Source of the DNA: Actinomycetota bacterium
GTDB taxonomy: Bacteria; Actinomycetota; Thermoleophilia; Gaiellales; Gaiellaceae
Direction of reading: 5' to 3'
Assembly: GCA_046733475.1 (NCBI GenBank)
Contig: JBKPPF010000018.1
Location: 4,138-68,137 of the forward strand
Length of the DNA: 64,000 nucleotides
Of the stretch, positions 1 through 8,094 are shown piece by piece; the stretch's first letter is position 1, and the number at the start of each line of letters is the position of its first letter. Both the position numbers and the translations under genes were made by a program. The notes under the pieces are model-generated. The model did not search any database and was not told the origin of the DNA. It saw nothing but the letters and a program-made list of their open reading frames with translations.

Positions 1-320
1 TCGCGGCGCTGGTTCTGGCCGGGTTCGTCTTCCTTTATCCGCAGGTGCGCGACCGCCTGCCCGCGACGCTGCGCTACGAGCGCTCATCGGCGACGCAGAG
101 CTCGTCGCAGCTTTCCCCGTCCGAGTTCGACCAGATCGACTCCTACTTCACGCCCGACCGCCTCGGTAGCTTCGCCGGCGAGCCCGCGACGAAGACCGAC
201 GCGTCGGTGGAGGGGGTCGATCTCGAGTGCTGGTACTACGGCGTCGCGGGAGCGCGGGGCGCGTACCAGATCTGCTTCGAGAACGGAAAGCTCAGCACCA
301 AGGCCCGCTTCGGTCAGTAG
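1..320 (+). CDS. hypothetical membrane-anchored protein, C-terminal part (5' end lies outside the window)
   Basis: Frame 3 is open from the window edge (AALVLAGFVFLYPQ..., a hydrophobic helix) to the TAG at 318-320. The listed 91-aa ORF is its tail. No family recognised. Confidence 0.5.
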   Translation, partial: AALVLAGFVFLYPQVRDRLPATLRYERSSATQSSSQLSPSEFDQIDSYFTPDRLGSFAGEPATKTDASVEGVDLECWYYGVAGARGAYQICFENGKLSTKARFGQ

Positions 321-1234
321 GCGACGGCGCCTCGGCCAGTCTCGGCCGCGTGGCGCTGCTCGTCCGCCCGGTAGGACGAGCGCACGAGTGGGCCCGAGAA
401 CACCGAACCGAACCCGAGCTCTTCGCCCTGCTCGCGGAACCAGCGGAACTCGTCCGGGTGCACCCAGCGGTCGATCTGCGCGTGCTTGGACGACGGCTGC
501 AGGTACTGCCCGATCGTGACGACGTCCACGCCTTGCTCGCGGAGGTCGCGCATGGTCTCGACGACCTCGTCGTTTGTCTCGCCGAGGCCGACGATGATCC
601 CCGACTTGGTCAGCACCGGATATTCGGCGATCTCCTTCGCGCGGGCGAGGAGCCAGAGCGCCTTGTCGTACGAGGCCCTCGCGCCGCGCATGCGCCGATG
701 CAGGCGCCGCACTGTCTCGATGTTGTGGTTGAAGACCTCGGGCCGGGCGGCGAGCAGCGTGCGCAGCGCCTCCTCCTCGACCCCGAGGAAGTCGGGCGTG
801 AGCACCTCGACGGAAGCCTCCGGCACCTTGTTCTTGAGCGCGCGGATCGTCGCCGCGTAGTGCCCGGCGCCCCGGTCCGGAACGTCGTCCCGGTCGACGG
901 AGGTGACGACCACGTGCTTGAGGCCCATCTGCGCGGCGGTCTGGGCAAGACGTAGCGGCTCGAGCGGATCCGGGGGATGCTCCGGCTTCCCCGAGTTGAC
1001 GTAGCAGTAGCGGCAAGCGCGGGTGCACGTGTCGCCGAGGATCTGGAAGGTCGCCGTCCCGCGGCCCCAGCACTCGGAGATGTTCGGGCAGCGGGCCTCT
1101 TCGCAGATCGTGTGCAGGCTCTGTCCGTGGATGAGCTCTCGCACCTCGAAGTAGCGTGAGTCCGCGCTCGGTGCGCGCACCTTCATCCAGTCGGGCCGGC
1201 GCGGCCTCTGTGCGACGGGCAGGGAACGCTCCAT
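314..1234 (-). CDS. lipA: lipoyl synthase
   Basis: Contains both lipoyl-synthase cluster motifs, CEEARCPNISEC and CTRACRYC. Start set at MERSLPV (ATG 1232-1234) because the upstream part of the 441-aa ORF is Ser/Pro-rich shadow sequence opposite the cupin gene. Confidence 0.92.
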   Translation of the reverse strand: MERSLPVAQRPRRPDWMKVRAPSADSRYFEVRELIHGQSLHTICEEARCPNISECWGRGTATFQILGDTCTRACRYCYVNSGKPEHPPDPLEPLRLAQTAAQMGLKHVVVTSVDRDDVPDRGAGHYAATIRALKNKVPEASVEVLTPDFLGVEEEALRTLLAARPEVFNHNIETVRRLHRRMRGARASYDKALWLLARAKEIAEYPVLTKSGIIVGLGETNDEVVETMRDLREQGVDVVTIGQYLQPSSKHAQIDRWVHPDEFRWFREQGEELGFGSVFSGPLVRSSYRADEQRHAAETGRGAVAY

Positions 1235-1253
1235 CTCTCTTAGTCTATGGACG

Positions 1254-1790
1254 ATGGTGCCCGAAGCCCCGCTCGAGGACACCGGCGAAGGAGCCTTCCC
1301 CACCGGTGAGGGCTGGTTCGTCCTGAACACGAAAGACGCGCGCTGGCGCGACGACGGCCCGCTCGGCAAGCTCACGTTCTTCGAGGGCAGCGGGGAGTTC
1401 TGGGAGATCGGCGTCAACGTGGGCGTGCTCGAGCCCGGGCATCCCATGGCGATGTACCACTTCGAGAATGACCAGGAAGACTTCCTCGTCCTGTCCGGCG
1501 AGGCGATCCTCATCGTCGAAGGCGAGGAGCGCCCGCTCCATGCGTGGGACTTCGTCCACTGCCCGCCCGGGACGGACCACATCATCGTCGGCGCCGGCAC
1601 AGGACCCTGTGTCGTCGTCTCCGCCGGCTCGAGGGTCAACGCGGAGCGAGACTGGGGCGGCTACACCGTCGACGAGACCGCGCTCCGGCACGGGGCGGGT
1701 GTCGAGACAGCCACGAAGGATCCCAAGGAGGCGTATGCGCCTTTCCCGAAGCGGCGCTTCACCCGCTACCAGAAGGGCTGGCTGCCGTGA
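1254..1790 (+). CDS. cupin-domain protein of unknown function
   Basis: 178-aa ORF with a cupin-like core (GHPMAMYHFENDQEDFLVLSGEA ... FVHCPPGTDH). Confidence 0.75.
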   Translation: MVPEAPLEDTGEGAFPTGEGWFVLNTKDARWRDDGPLGKLTFFEGSGEFWEIGVNVGVLEPGHPMAMYHFENDQEDFLVLSGEAILIVEGEERPLHAWDFVHCPPGTDHIIVGAGTGPCVVVSAGSRVNAERDWGGYTVDETALRHGAGVETATKDPKEAYAPFPKRRFTRYQKGWLP

Positions 1791-2329
1791 CCGGGGTTCC
1801 CGAGGCGCCGCTCGACCGCACGGAGAACGGATTGCAGGCGGCCGGCGACGGCTGGTTCGTCGTCAATGCCCGCGACGCTGTCTGGGGCGAATCCAACGAG
1901 ATGGGCGTCTTCACGCGGCTCGGCGAGGGCCCGGACGCCCGTTTCGCGCAGCTCGGCTTCAACATCGGCGTCCTCTGGCCCGGCCAGCCGGCCTGCATGT
2001 ACCACCGCGAGGCGAACCAGGAGGGGTTCCTCATCGTCGCCGGCGAGTGCACTCTCTTCGTCGAAGGCGAGGAGCGGCACATGAAGCAGTGGGATTACTT
2101 CCACTGCCCCGCGAACACGGATCACGTCATGGTTGCGAGCGGGACCGAGCCATGCGTCGCGGTCGCTATCGGGTCGCGGGCGAGTCGGGATATCGTCTAC
2201 CCCGAGCTCGAGGCAGCCCGCCGCCACGGCGGGGCCGTGGAGAAGGAGACAACGGATCCGAAGGAGGCGTATGCGGGGATGGAAGTCCGCGACGCACCGT
2301 ACAAGGAGGGCTGGCTCCCGGATCTCTGA
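1787..2329 (+). CDS. cupin-domain protein, tandem paralogue of the upstream gene
   Basis: GTG 1787 overlaps the previous stop (GTGA). The product aligns end to end with the upstream cupin; shared blocks are GWFV.N, MYH.E, EGEER, HCP..TDH, T.DPKEAYA and GWLP. Confidence 0.75.
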   Translation: MTGVPEAPLDRTENGLQAAGDGWFVVNARDAVWGESNEMGVFTRLGEGPDARFAQLGFNIGVLWPGQPACMYHREANQEGFLIVAGECTLFVEGEERHMKQWDYFHCPANTDHVMVASGTEPCVAVAIGSRASRDIVYPELEAARRHGGAVEKETTDPKEAYAGMEVRDAPYKEGWLPDL

Positions 2330-2340
2330 ACCCTGAGAGT

Positions 2341-2361
2341 CAAGTAACAGACTGTTACTTG
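2341..2361. promoter_or_regulatory. 21-bp perfect palindrome CAAGTAACAGACTGTTACTTG (copy 1), followed by a T-rich tract; candidate operator and/or intrinsic terminator of the cupin genes
   Basis: Read directly: arms CAAGTAACAG / CTGTTACTTG around a central A, then GTCTCTTTCGTTTTCATTT. It is conspicuously AT-rich against the GC-rich background. Confidence 0.6.
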
Positions 2362-2405
2362 GTCTCTTTCGTTTTCATTTCGCGCGCCACGCGCGCTGTC
2401 GGAGG

Positions 2406-2708
2406 GTGCACCCTTCGGACGTGCTCCGGTTTGCTCCCCGGCTCGACTCGCGCCTCGTCGCGGCTGCGGAGCGCCTCGACAACCCGACCACGCCAATCGC
2501 TGAGACCAACCGGCGCGTGGGGGCAGTCGCGGTCGAGCTCGGGCTCTTCAGGCCGAGCTACGAGCAGGTGCGCAGCATCGTCACACGGGCGAGGCGCCGT
2601 GGCCGGCACCCTTCCACAGGAGACGTCTTGTTAGACATCGCCTTCCGTACGAGGCCTCCAACCGCACTCGTCGACCATCTGGTCGGGACGCTTCCTCCGG
2701 ATCGCTGA
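2406..2708 (+). CDS. small hypothetical protein, possible helix-turn-helix
   Basis: 100-aa ORF (GTG start, GGAGGG just upstream) with GC-rich third codon positions. The segment IAETNRRVGAVAVELGLFRPSYEQVRSIVTRARRRG looks HTH-like. It is flanked by two copies of the same palindrome. No family recognised. Confidence 0.5.
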   Translation: MHPSDVLRFAPRLDSRLVAAAERLDNPTTPIAETNRRVGAVAVELGLFRPSYEQVRSIVTRARRRGRHPSTGDVLLDIAFRTRPPTALVDHLVGTLPPDR

Positions 2709-2724
2709 GCGGCTCTGAGGATAC

Positions 2725-2745
2725 TTAGTAACAGACTGTCACTTG
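2725..2745. promoter_or_regulatory. second copy of the 21-bp palindromic motif (TTAGTAACAGACTGTCACTTG)
   Basis: 18 of 21 positions are identical to copy 1 and the orientation is the same. The centres are 384 bp apart. It lies between the convergent small ORF and lipB. Confidence 0.55.
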
Positions 2746-2772
2746 GAGAGTCTCGACACCGGTGCGAGACGG

Positions 2773-3480
2773 CTACCGGGTCGAAATCGTGGCATGGACG
2801 GGCTGGGGCCAGAGGCCCGCCCCGTCTTCCGCGGGTAGCTCCGACAGCTCGAGATCGAAGACCTCCACGAGGGCAGCCGCCGCGTGCGGCCGCACCTCGT
2901 CCACAGTCACCTCGCGACCGAGCTCGCGGGCAAGCGTGGTGAAGGCCGCGTCCTCGAGCCCGCACGCGGTGATCCAGTCGGTGAAGGGAGCGGGGTCGAG
3001 GTCGACGTTCAAGGCATAGCCGTGTGTGGTCACCCAGCGTGAGATGTGGACCCCGATCGAGCAGAGCTTCCGGGGCGGGCGCTCCAGCCAAACGCCGGTC
3101 AGGCCTTCGATCCGCGTCGCCTCGACGTCGAAGGCCGCGGCGGTCCGGATGACGGATTCCTCCAGGTCGCGGCAGTAGCGCTTGACGTCGCGCCCGTGGC
3201 GGTTGAGGTCGAGGATCGGGTAGCAGACGAGCTGGCCGGGCCCGTGGAAGGTCGACTTGCCGCCGCGATCGGTCTCGACGACGTCCACCTCGGCCCCTTC
3301 GGGAACGTGCAGTTCGTCCTCGTCGGTGCGCCGGCCGAGCGTGACCACGGGCGGGTGCTCGAGCATGATCACGGTATCCGGGATCGCGCCCTGCGAGACG
3401 GCAGCGGCGATGGAGCGCTGCAGATCCCATGCCTCCCGGTAGGGCGTCAGGCCGAGGTTCAGCAGGTAGCCCGGCGACAC
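2773..3480 (-). CDS. lipB: octanoyltransferase (lipoyl(octanoyl) transferase)
   Basis: Motifs RGGKSTFHGPGQLVCYPIL and KLCSIGVH. GTG start lies 1 nt downstream of the E2 stop. Confidence 0.9.
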   Translation of the reverse strand: MSPGYLLNLGLTPYREAWDLQRSIAAAVSQGAIPDTVIMLEHPPVVTLGRRTDEDELHVPEGAEVDVVETDRGGKSTFHGPGQLVCYPILDLNRHGRDVKRYCRDLEESVIRTAAAFDVEATRIEGLTGVWLERPPRKLCSIGVHISRWVTTHGYALNVDLDPAPFTDWITACGLEDAAFTTLARELGREVTVDEVRPHAAAALVEVFDLELSELPAEDGAGLWPQPVHATISTR

Positions 3481-3481
3481 G

Positions 3482-4897
3482 CTACTCGCTGGATTCGTCC
3501 CAGGCCTGCAGGCGCTCGCGGAGGTCGCGCAGGAAGCGTCCGGCGAGGGCGCCGTCCACCAGGCGGTGGTCGTACGTGAGCGTGACGTTCATCATCGAGC
3601 GGATCGCGATCGCGTCCTGGCCGCCCTCGTCCTCGACCACCCAGGGCCGCTTGACGACCGCGTACGTCCCGAGGATCGCCGCCTGCGGCTGGCTGATGAC
3701 AGGAGTGCCGTGGAAGGTGCCGTAGCCGCCTGGGTTGGTGATCGTGAAGGTGCCGCCCTGGACGTCGTCCGGGAGAAGCTGCTTCGAGCGCGCGCGCTCG
3801 GCGATGTCGGCGATCGCCTTCGCCATCCCGAGCAGGTTCAGTGTCTCCGCGCTGCGGACGACCGGGACGATCAGGCCCTTGCCGTCTGCGAGCTCGACCG
3901 CGAACCCGAGGTTGACGTAGTTCCGGGTGACGATCGAGTCGCCGCGGAGCTCGCCGTTGATCCAGGGGTAGTCCTTCAGCGTGTCGACGACGGCCCGCGC
4001 GACGAACGCGAGGAAGGTCGGATTGACTCCGTACGAGCTTGCCCAGTCCTTCTTCAGCCGCTGCCTGAGTGCCGCGATCTTCGTCATGTCGACCTCGATG
4101 GAGCTCGTCACGTGGGCGGAGGTGTCGAGGGAGCGGCGCATGTGCTCGGCGATGCCCTTGCGCATGGCGCTCATCGGCTCGACGGTCTCGCCCTCCTGGG
4201 CCTGCGCGGCCGGAGCCGCCTGTGGAGCCGCCGCGGGCGCAGGTGCCGACGGTGCCTCTTCGGTCGGCGCTTCGGCCGGCGCCGGAGCCTCGCCTGCCTG
4301 GTCGGACTCGATGTAGCCCAGGATGTCCTTCTTGGTCACCCGGCCGCCACGGCCGGTGCCCTCGACGCTCCCGACGTCGACGTCGTGCTCGGCCGCGATC
4401 CGCGCGACGACAGGGGAGACGAACTTCGCCTCGCGCCGGCCGTTGTCGTCCTCTGCCTTCGGCGCCGCAGGGGCTGCAGGGGCGGCTGCGGCCGGCGCAG
4501 GCGCTGCTTCGGGCTCGGGGGCGGGCGCCTCTTCTGCCTTCTCCGCGGCGGGACCTTCGCCCTCGGCGCCGGAAGCCGCCTCGGCTTCCTGGGCTGCCTC
4601 CTGGGTCGGCGGCTCCGGCGGAGCCTCGGCCTCGACCTCGGCTCCTTCGGGGGCGATGACCGCGATCTTCGTCCCGACAGCGACCGTTTCTCCCTCCTGG
4701 GCGAGAATCTGCTGGAGGACTCCGTTCGCCGGGCTCGGCACCTCCGTGTCGACCTTGTCCGTCGAGATCTCGAGCAGCGACTCGTCCGCGGCAATCGTCT
4801 CGCCCTCGGACTTGAGCCACTTCGTGATCGTGCCCTCCGAGACCGAGACGCCCATCTGGGGCATGACGACGTCGACTGCTGTTCCCGTGGTTGCCAT
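3482..4897 (-). CDS. 2-oxoacid dehydrogenase E2 (dihydrolipoamide acyltransferase), copy 1
   Basis: N-terminal lipoyl domain (EISTDKVDTEVPSP), Ala/Pro-rich linkers, a subunit-binding domain (VSPVVARIAAEHDVD) and a catalytic DHRLVDGA motif. Confidence 0.9.
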   Translation of the reverse strand: MATTGTAVDVVMPQMGVSVSEGTITKWLKSEGETIAADESLLEISTDKVDTEVPSPANGVLQQILAQEGETVAVGTKIAVIAPEGAEVEAEAPPEPPTQEAAQEAEAASGAEGEGPAAEKAEEAPAPEPEAAPAPAAAAPAAPAAPKAEDDNGRREAKFVSPVVARIAAEHDVDVGSVEGTGRGGRVTKKDILGYIESDQAGEAPAPAEAPTEEAPSAPAPAAAPQAAPAAQAQEGETVEPMSAMRKGIAEHMRRSLDTSAHVTSSIEVDMTKIAALRQRLKKDWASSYGVNPTFLAFVARAVVDTLKDYPWINGELRGDSIVTRNYVNLGFAVELADGKGLIVPVVRSAETLNLLGMAKAIADIAERARSKQLLPDDVQGGTFTITNPGGYGTFHGTPVISQPQAAILGTYAVVKRPWVVEDEGGQDAIAIRSMMNVTLTYDHRLVDGALAGRFLRDLRERLQAWDESSE

Positions 4898-4904
4898 CAG
4901 GTCG

Positions 4905-5879
4905 CTAGTACTCCGCGAGCTCCTTCAAGCCTGCCACCACGTCTTCGACCTGCGGGATGAAAGCCTTCTCGAGCGGCGGCGAAAACGGAACGGGGGTGTC
5001 GGGCGCGGCGATGCGGCGCACGGGCGCGTCGAGGTTCTCGAAGGCCTCCGCGGCGATCGTCGCCGCGATCTCGGCGCCGAAGCCCCCGGTGAGCGTGTCC
5101 TCGTGGAGGACGAGCGCCTTCGACGTCTTCTCGACGGAGCGCAGCACGGCATCCTTGTCCCACGGGGCCAGCGTGCGGAGATCGAGAATCTCGACCGAAA
5201 CACCTTCGCCCTCGAGCTTCTGCGCGGCCTCGTCGGCTGTGTAGACCATCGCCCCCCAGGTGATCAGCGAGATGTCGTCACCTTCGCGGTGCGTCCGTGC
5301 CTCGCCGAAGGGAACGGTGTAGCGCTCGTCCGGCACCTCGTCCTTGATGCGCCGGTAAAGGTGCTTGTGCTCGAAGTAGAGAACCGGGTTCGGATCGTGG
5401 ATCGCCTCGACGAGGAGTCCCTTCGCGTCCGCCGGCGTGGCCGGGCAGACGACCTTGAGCCCGGGGATGTGCGCGAAGCTCGACTCCGGATTCTGCGAGT
5501 GGAATGGACCCCCCGAGAAGCCGCCGCCGGAAGGCAGCCGCAGGGTGATCGGCACCGGCGTCCCCGCGCGGTAGCGCTGCTTCGCCGCGACGGTCACCAG
5601 GTGATCCCAGGCGCACGAGATGAAGTCGGCGAACTGCATCTCGGCGACCGGGCGCATGCCCATGATCGCGGCGCCGGTGCAGCCGCCGACGATCGCCGTC
5701 TCGGAGAGCGGCGCGTCGATGACGCGCCAGGAGCCGAACTCCTCCTGAAACCCCTGCGTCACCTTGAAGGCCCCGCCGTAGACCCCGACGTCCTCGCCGA
5801 TGATGAAGACGCGCTTGTCGCGCTGCATCTCCGAGCGGAGCCCGTCGGAGATCGCCTGCAGATACGTCTTGACGGCCAT
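4905..5879 (-). CDS. 2-oxoacid dehydrogenase E1 beta subunit, copy 1
   Basis: Typical transketolase-like beta subunit (IGEDVGVYGGAFKVT, IDAPLSE). Lies between the E1alpha and E2 genes. Confidence 0.88.
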   Translation of the reverse strand: MAVKTYLQAISDGLRSEMQRDKRVFIIGEDVGVYGGAFKVTQGFQEEFGSWRVIDAPLSETAIVGGCTGAAIMGMRPVAEMQFADFISCAWDHLVTVAAKQRYRAGTPVPITLRLPSGGGFSGGPFHSQNPESSFAHIPGLKVVCPATPADAKGLLVEAIHDPNPVLYFEHKHLYRRIKDEVPDERYTVPFGEARTHREGDDISLITWGAMVYTADEAAQKLEGEGVSVEILDLRTLAPWDKDAVLRSVEKTSKALVLHEDTLTGGFGAEIAATIAAEAFENLDAPVRRIAAPDTPVPFSPPLEKAFIPQVEDVVAGLKELAEY

Positions 5880-5890
5880 CAGTTGGTCAC

Positions 5891-6937
5891 TTACTTGTGG
5901 TGGGGAGTCTCGAGGTCTTCCGGAGTCGCGTACACGCCGTCGAGGAGCGTGTCGAGATCCGGCATCGGGCTTTCGTCGGCGCGTTGCACAGCGTCGTTCA
6001 GAAGCTTCTTCACCTGTCCGCGGATCTCGTCCTCTTCCTCGTCCGTGAACTCAGCGTTCTCGCGGAGCCAGGTGCGGTAGCGCTCGAGCGGATCGCGCTT
6101 CGCCCACTCTTCGAACATCTCCTTCGGGACGTAGGAGGCGTCGTCGTGGACGGCATGCCCTTCCATCCGAAGCGTGAGGCATTCGATCAGGGTCGGACCG
6201 CCGCCATCGCGCGCCTTCTCGATCGCCGCCTTGGCCTCGCGGTAGACGGCGAGAACGTCTGTGCCGTCGACGACGACTCCGTCGAAGCCGTACGCCTTGG
6301 CGCGATCGGCGAGGTGCTCGCAGGCGTACTCGAGATGGGTCGGAGTCGAGTAGGCCCACTGGTTGTTGTCGCAGATGAACACGACCGGGAGGCGGCGGAC
6401 GCCGGCGAAGTTCATCCCCTCGTGGGTGTCTCCTCGCGCGGAGGCGCCTTCCCCGAACCAGGTGAGCGCGACCCGCTTCTCCTCGCGGATGCGGAAGGCG
6501 AGCGCGCAGCCAACTGCGACCGGCAGCATGGCGGGCAGGTGGCTGACCATGGCGATCAGCCCGAGGCGGTCGTCGGCCATGTGGACGTTCCCGTCCTTGC
6601 CCTTGGTCGGCCCATCGGCGCGGCCCATGAACTGGGCGAAAATCCGCCACGGCTCGACTCCACGGACGATGTGGACTCCCATGTCGCGGTGGAGCGGCGT
6701 GCCCACGTCCTCCGGGCTCATGGCGGTCGCGATGCCGACCGAAGCGGCTTCGTTTCCGCGGCCGGTGTAGAAGCTTCCGGGAATCTTCCCCTGCTTGTAG
6801 AGGATGTGGCCGCGCTCCTCGATCCCGCGGGTGAGGACCATGTGACGGTAGATCCCGAGCAGGTCCTCGCGGTCGAGGCCCGCCTCCTTGATCTCCGTCA
6901 GAGAGCTGACTGGCTCTGCTTCCCTGGCGACGGCCAT
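5891..6937 (-). CDS. 2-oxoacid dehydrogenase E1 alpha subunit (TPP-binding), copy 1
   Basis: TPP motif region WFGEGASARGDTHEGMNFAGVRRLPVVFICDNNQWAYS. Confidence 0.88.
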   Translation of the reverse strand: MAVAREAEPVSSLTEIKEAGLDREDLLGIYRHMVLTRGIEERGHILYKQGKIPGSFYTGRGNEAASVGIATAMSPEDVGTPLHRDMGVHIVRGVEPWRIFAQFMGRADGPTKGKDGNVHMADDRLGLIAMVSHLPAMLPVAVGCALAFRIREEKRVALTWFGEGASARGDTHEGMNFAGVRRLPVVFICDNNQWAYSTPTHLEYACEHLADRAKAYGFDGVVVDGTDVLAVYREAKAAIEKARDGGGPTLIECLTLRMEGHAVHDDASYVPKEMFEEWAKRDPLERYRTWLRENAEFTDEEEDEIRGQVKKLLNDAVQRADESPMPDLDTLLDGVYATPEDLETPHHK

Positions 6938-6975
6938 GCCGGATCGAACTGTAGCCGTTCCGTTAGCGTTCGAGC

Positions 6976-7281
6976 ATGGGCAAGGCCTCCGACTGGCTTC
7001 GGGAAGAGCGGCGCAAGACCCTCGGCGACTGGGTCTCGTTCTGCCTCGCCTGCGGGCACGCGCAACGCTACTTCGAAGAGCTCGAGACGGAGCTGCCCGC
7101 CGTGTGCCCGGCGTGTGGCGGCGAGATGCGGGCGCGCTGTCCCGGGTGCGGCGCGCGGTTCTCGTCTGTCTTTGCGGTCGAGTGCGAGGCGTGTCGCGGC
7201 GCCCTGCGCCCGGCCGAGGCGTTCGGCGGGCCGATTCGCAAGTTGGCCGCTAGGTCCCGGAGATCTCGGAGAAGCGGATGA
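6976..7281 (+). CDS. small double zinc-ribbon protein
   Basis: 101 aa with four CxxC pairs (CLAC, CPAC, CPGC, CEAC) and an Arg/Ser-rich tail. The 3' end overlaps the convergent ASCH gene by 32 nt. Confidence 0.5.
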   Translation: MGKASDWLREERRKTLGDWVSFCLACGHAQRYFEELETELPAVCPACGGEMRARCPGCGARFSSVFAVECEACRGALRPAEAFGGPIRKLAARSRRSRRSG

Positions 7282-7621
7282 GCGTGACGACGTCCTCTTC
7301 GGTCACGTCACGGTTGTAGAGGTGCCCGAGGAAGCTCGCCATGTCCTCCGGGCGGCGGATCTCCGGGTTGTCGTGCTCGATCTCCCGCGGGGAGAGCTCC
7401 ATCAGCCGCTTCACCTCGACCTTGTCGATGACGGCGTCGAAAATCTTCTCGCGCGGCCCGTAGCGCTGCCCGACGAGGATCTGCACGACCATGCCCTTCC
7501 TGTACTTGCCGGACTTGTCGCCCAGGCGGATCGTTGCGGTCTTCCTCCTGCTCCGCAGCTGGTCGGCGACGATCGACGAGTAGAAGTTGAGGGCGTACAT
7601 GGAGCTGGGGTCGAGCGGCAC
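7250..7621 (-). CDS. ASCH-domain protein
   Basis: 123 aa. The pattern ...IVADQLRSRRKTATIRLGDKSGKYRKGMVVQIL... fits the ASC-1-homology (PUA-like) beta-barrel family as I remember it. GTG start. Confidence 0.6.
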   Translation of the reverse strand: MPLDPSSMYALNFYSSIVADQLRSRRKTATIRLGDKSGKYRKGMVVQILVGQRYGPREKIFDAVIDKVEVKRLMELSPREIEHDNPEIRRPEDMASFLGHLYNRDVTEEDVVTLIRFSEISGT

Positions 7622-7633
7622 GAGGCCGCCGCA

Positions 7634-8071
7634 TCATACGGCTCGTTCGTCGATTAGTTGAAGTGCCTTCGCGGCCATCTCGCGCTCGCCCTTGTACGTG
7701 AGGAGGCGCGGAGCGTCCTCGAGCGGGAGCCAGCGTGCCTCAGCGACCTCGTGGCGGAACTCGTCCGTGATGTCGCCCAGCCGCCCCGCCGAGTAGCGAA
7801 CGAGGTAGAAGCTGACGATCTTGAGGACGCGCTCGCCCTCCCAGCTGTAGACGTAGCGGACGTCGCCGAGCTTCTCGACGAGGCGGCCGCGCACCCCGGT
7901 CTCCTCGGTCACCTCGCGTAGCGCGGTGTCGGCCGGGGGTTCCCCTTCCCCGACGAGACCCTTCGGCAGAGCCCAGACCTTCTCCCGCCCGCCGGGGCGG
8001 ATCGCCGCCATATGCCAGGCGCCGCGGATCTTGCGGACGACCACGCCGCCTGCGGAGAACTCTCGCCGCAC
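7634..8071 (-). CDS. NUDIX hydrolase
   Basis: Nudix box GLVGEGEPPADTALREVTEETGV. Confidence 0.88.
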   Translation of the reverse strand: MRREFSAGGVVVRKIRGAWHMAAIRPGGREKVWALPKGLVGEGEPPADTALREVTEETGVRGRLVEKLGDVRYVYSWEGERVLKIVSFYLVRYSAGRLGDITDEFRHEVAEARWLPLEDAPRLLTYKGEREMAAKALQLIDERAV

Positions 8072-8094
8072 GAGGTGAAGCTAGCATCGGCCAG

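Noticed and set aside
4300-4650. Repetitive GC-rich DNA that might look like tandem repeats.
   Set aside because: It encodes the Ala/Pro/Glu-rich inter-domain linkers of the E2 acyltransferase. The repeats are irregular with no constant unit or spacers, so this is neither a CRISPR array nor a satellite.
3459-4820. Long ORFs with Arg/Pro/Gly/Ser-rich translations, for example 84-1073(-), 3459-4820(-), 4323-6080(+), 25253-26995(-), 32085-34688(+), 40788-42098(-), 48011-49600(-) and 50358-51845(-).
   Set aside because: They lie in alternative frames or antisense to genes with clear family motifs, and they have the compositional bias typical of shadow ORFs in very GC-rich DNA. None shows a recognisable domain.
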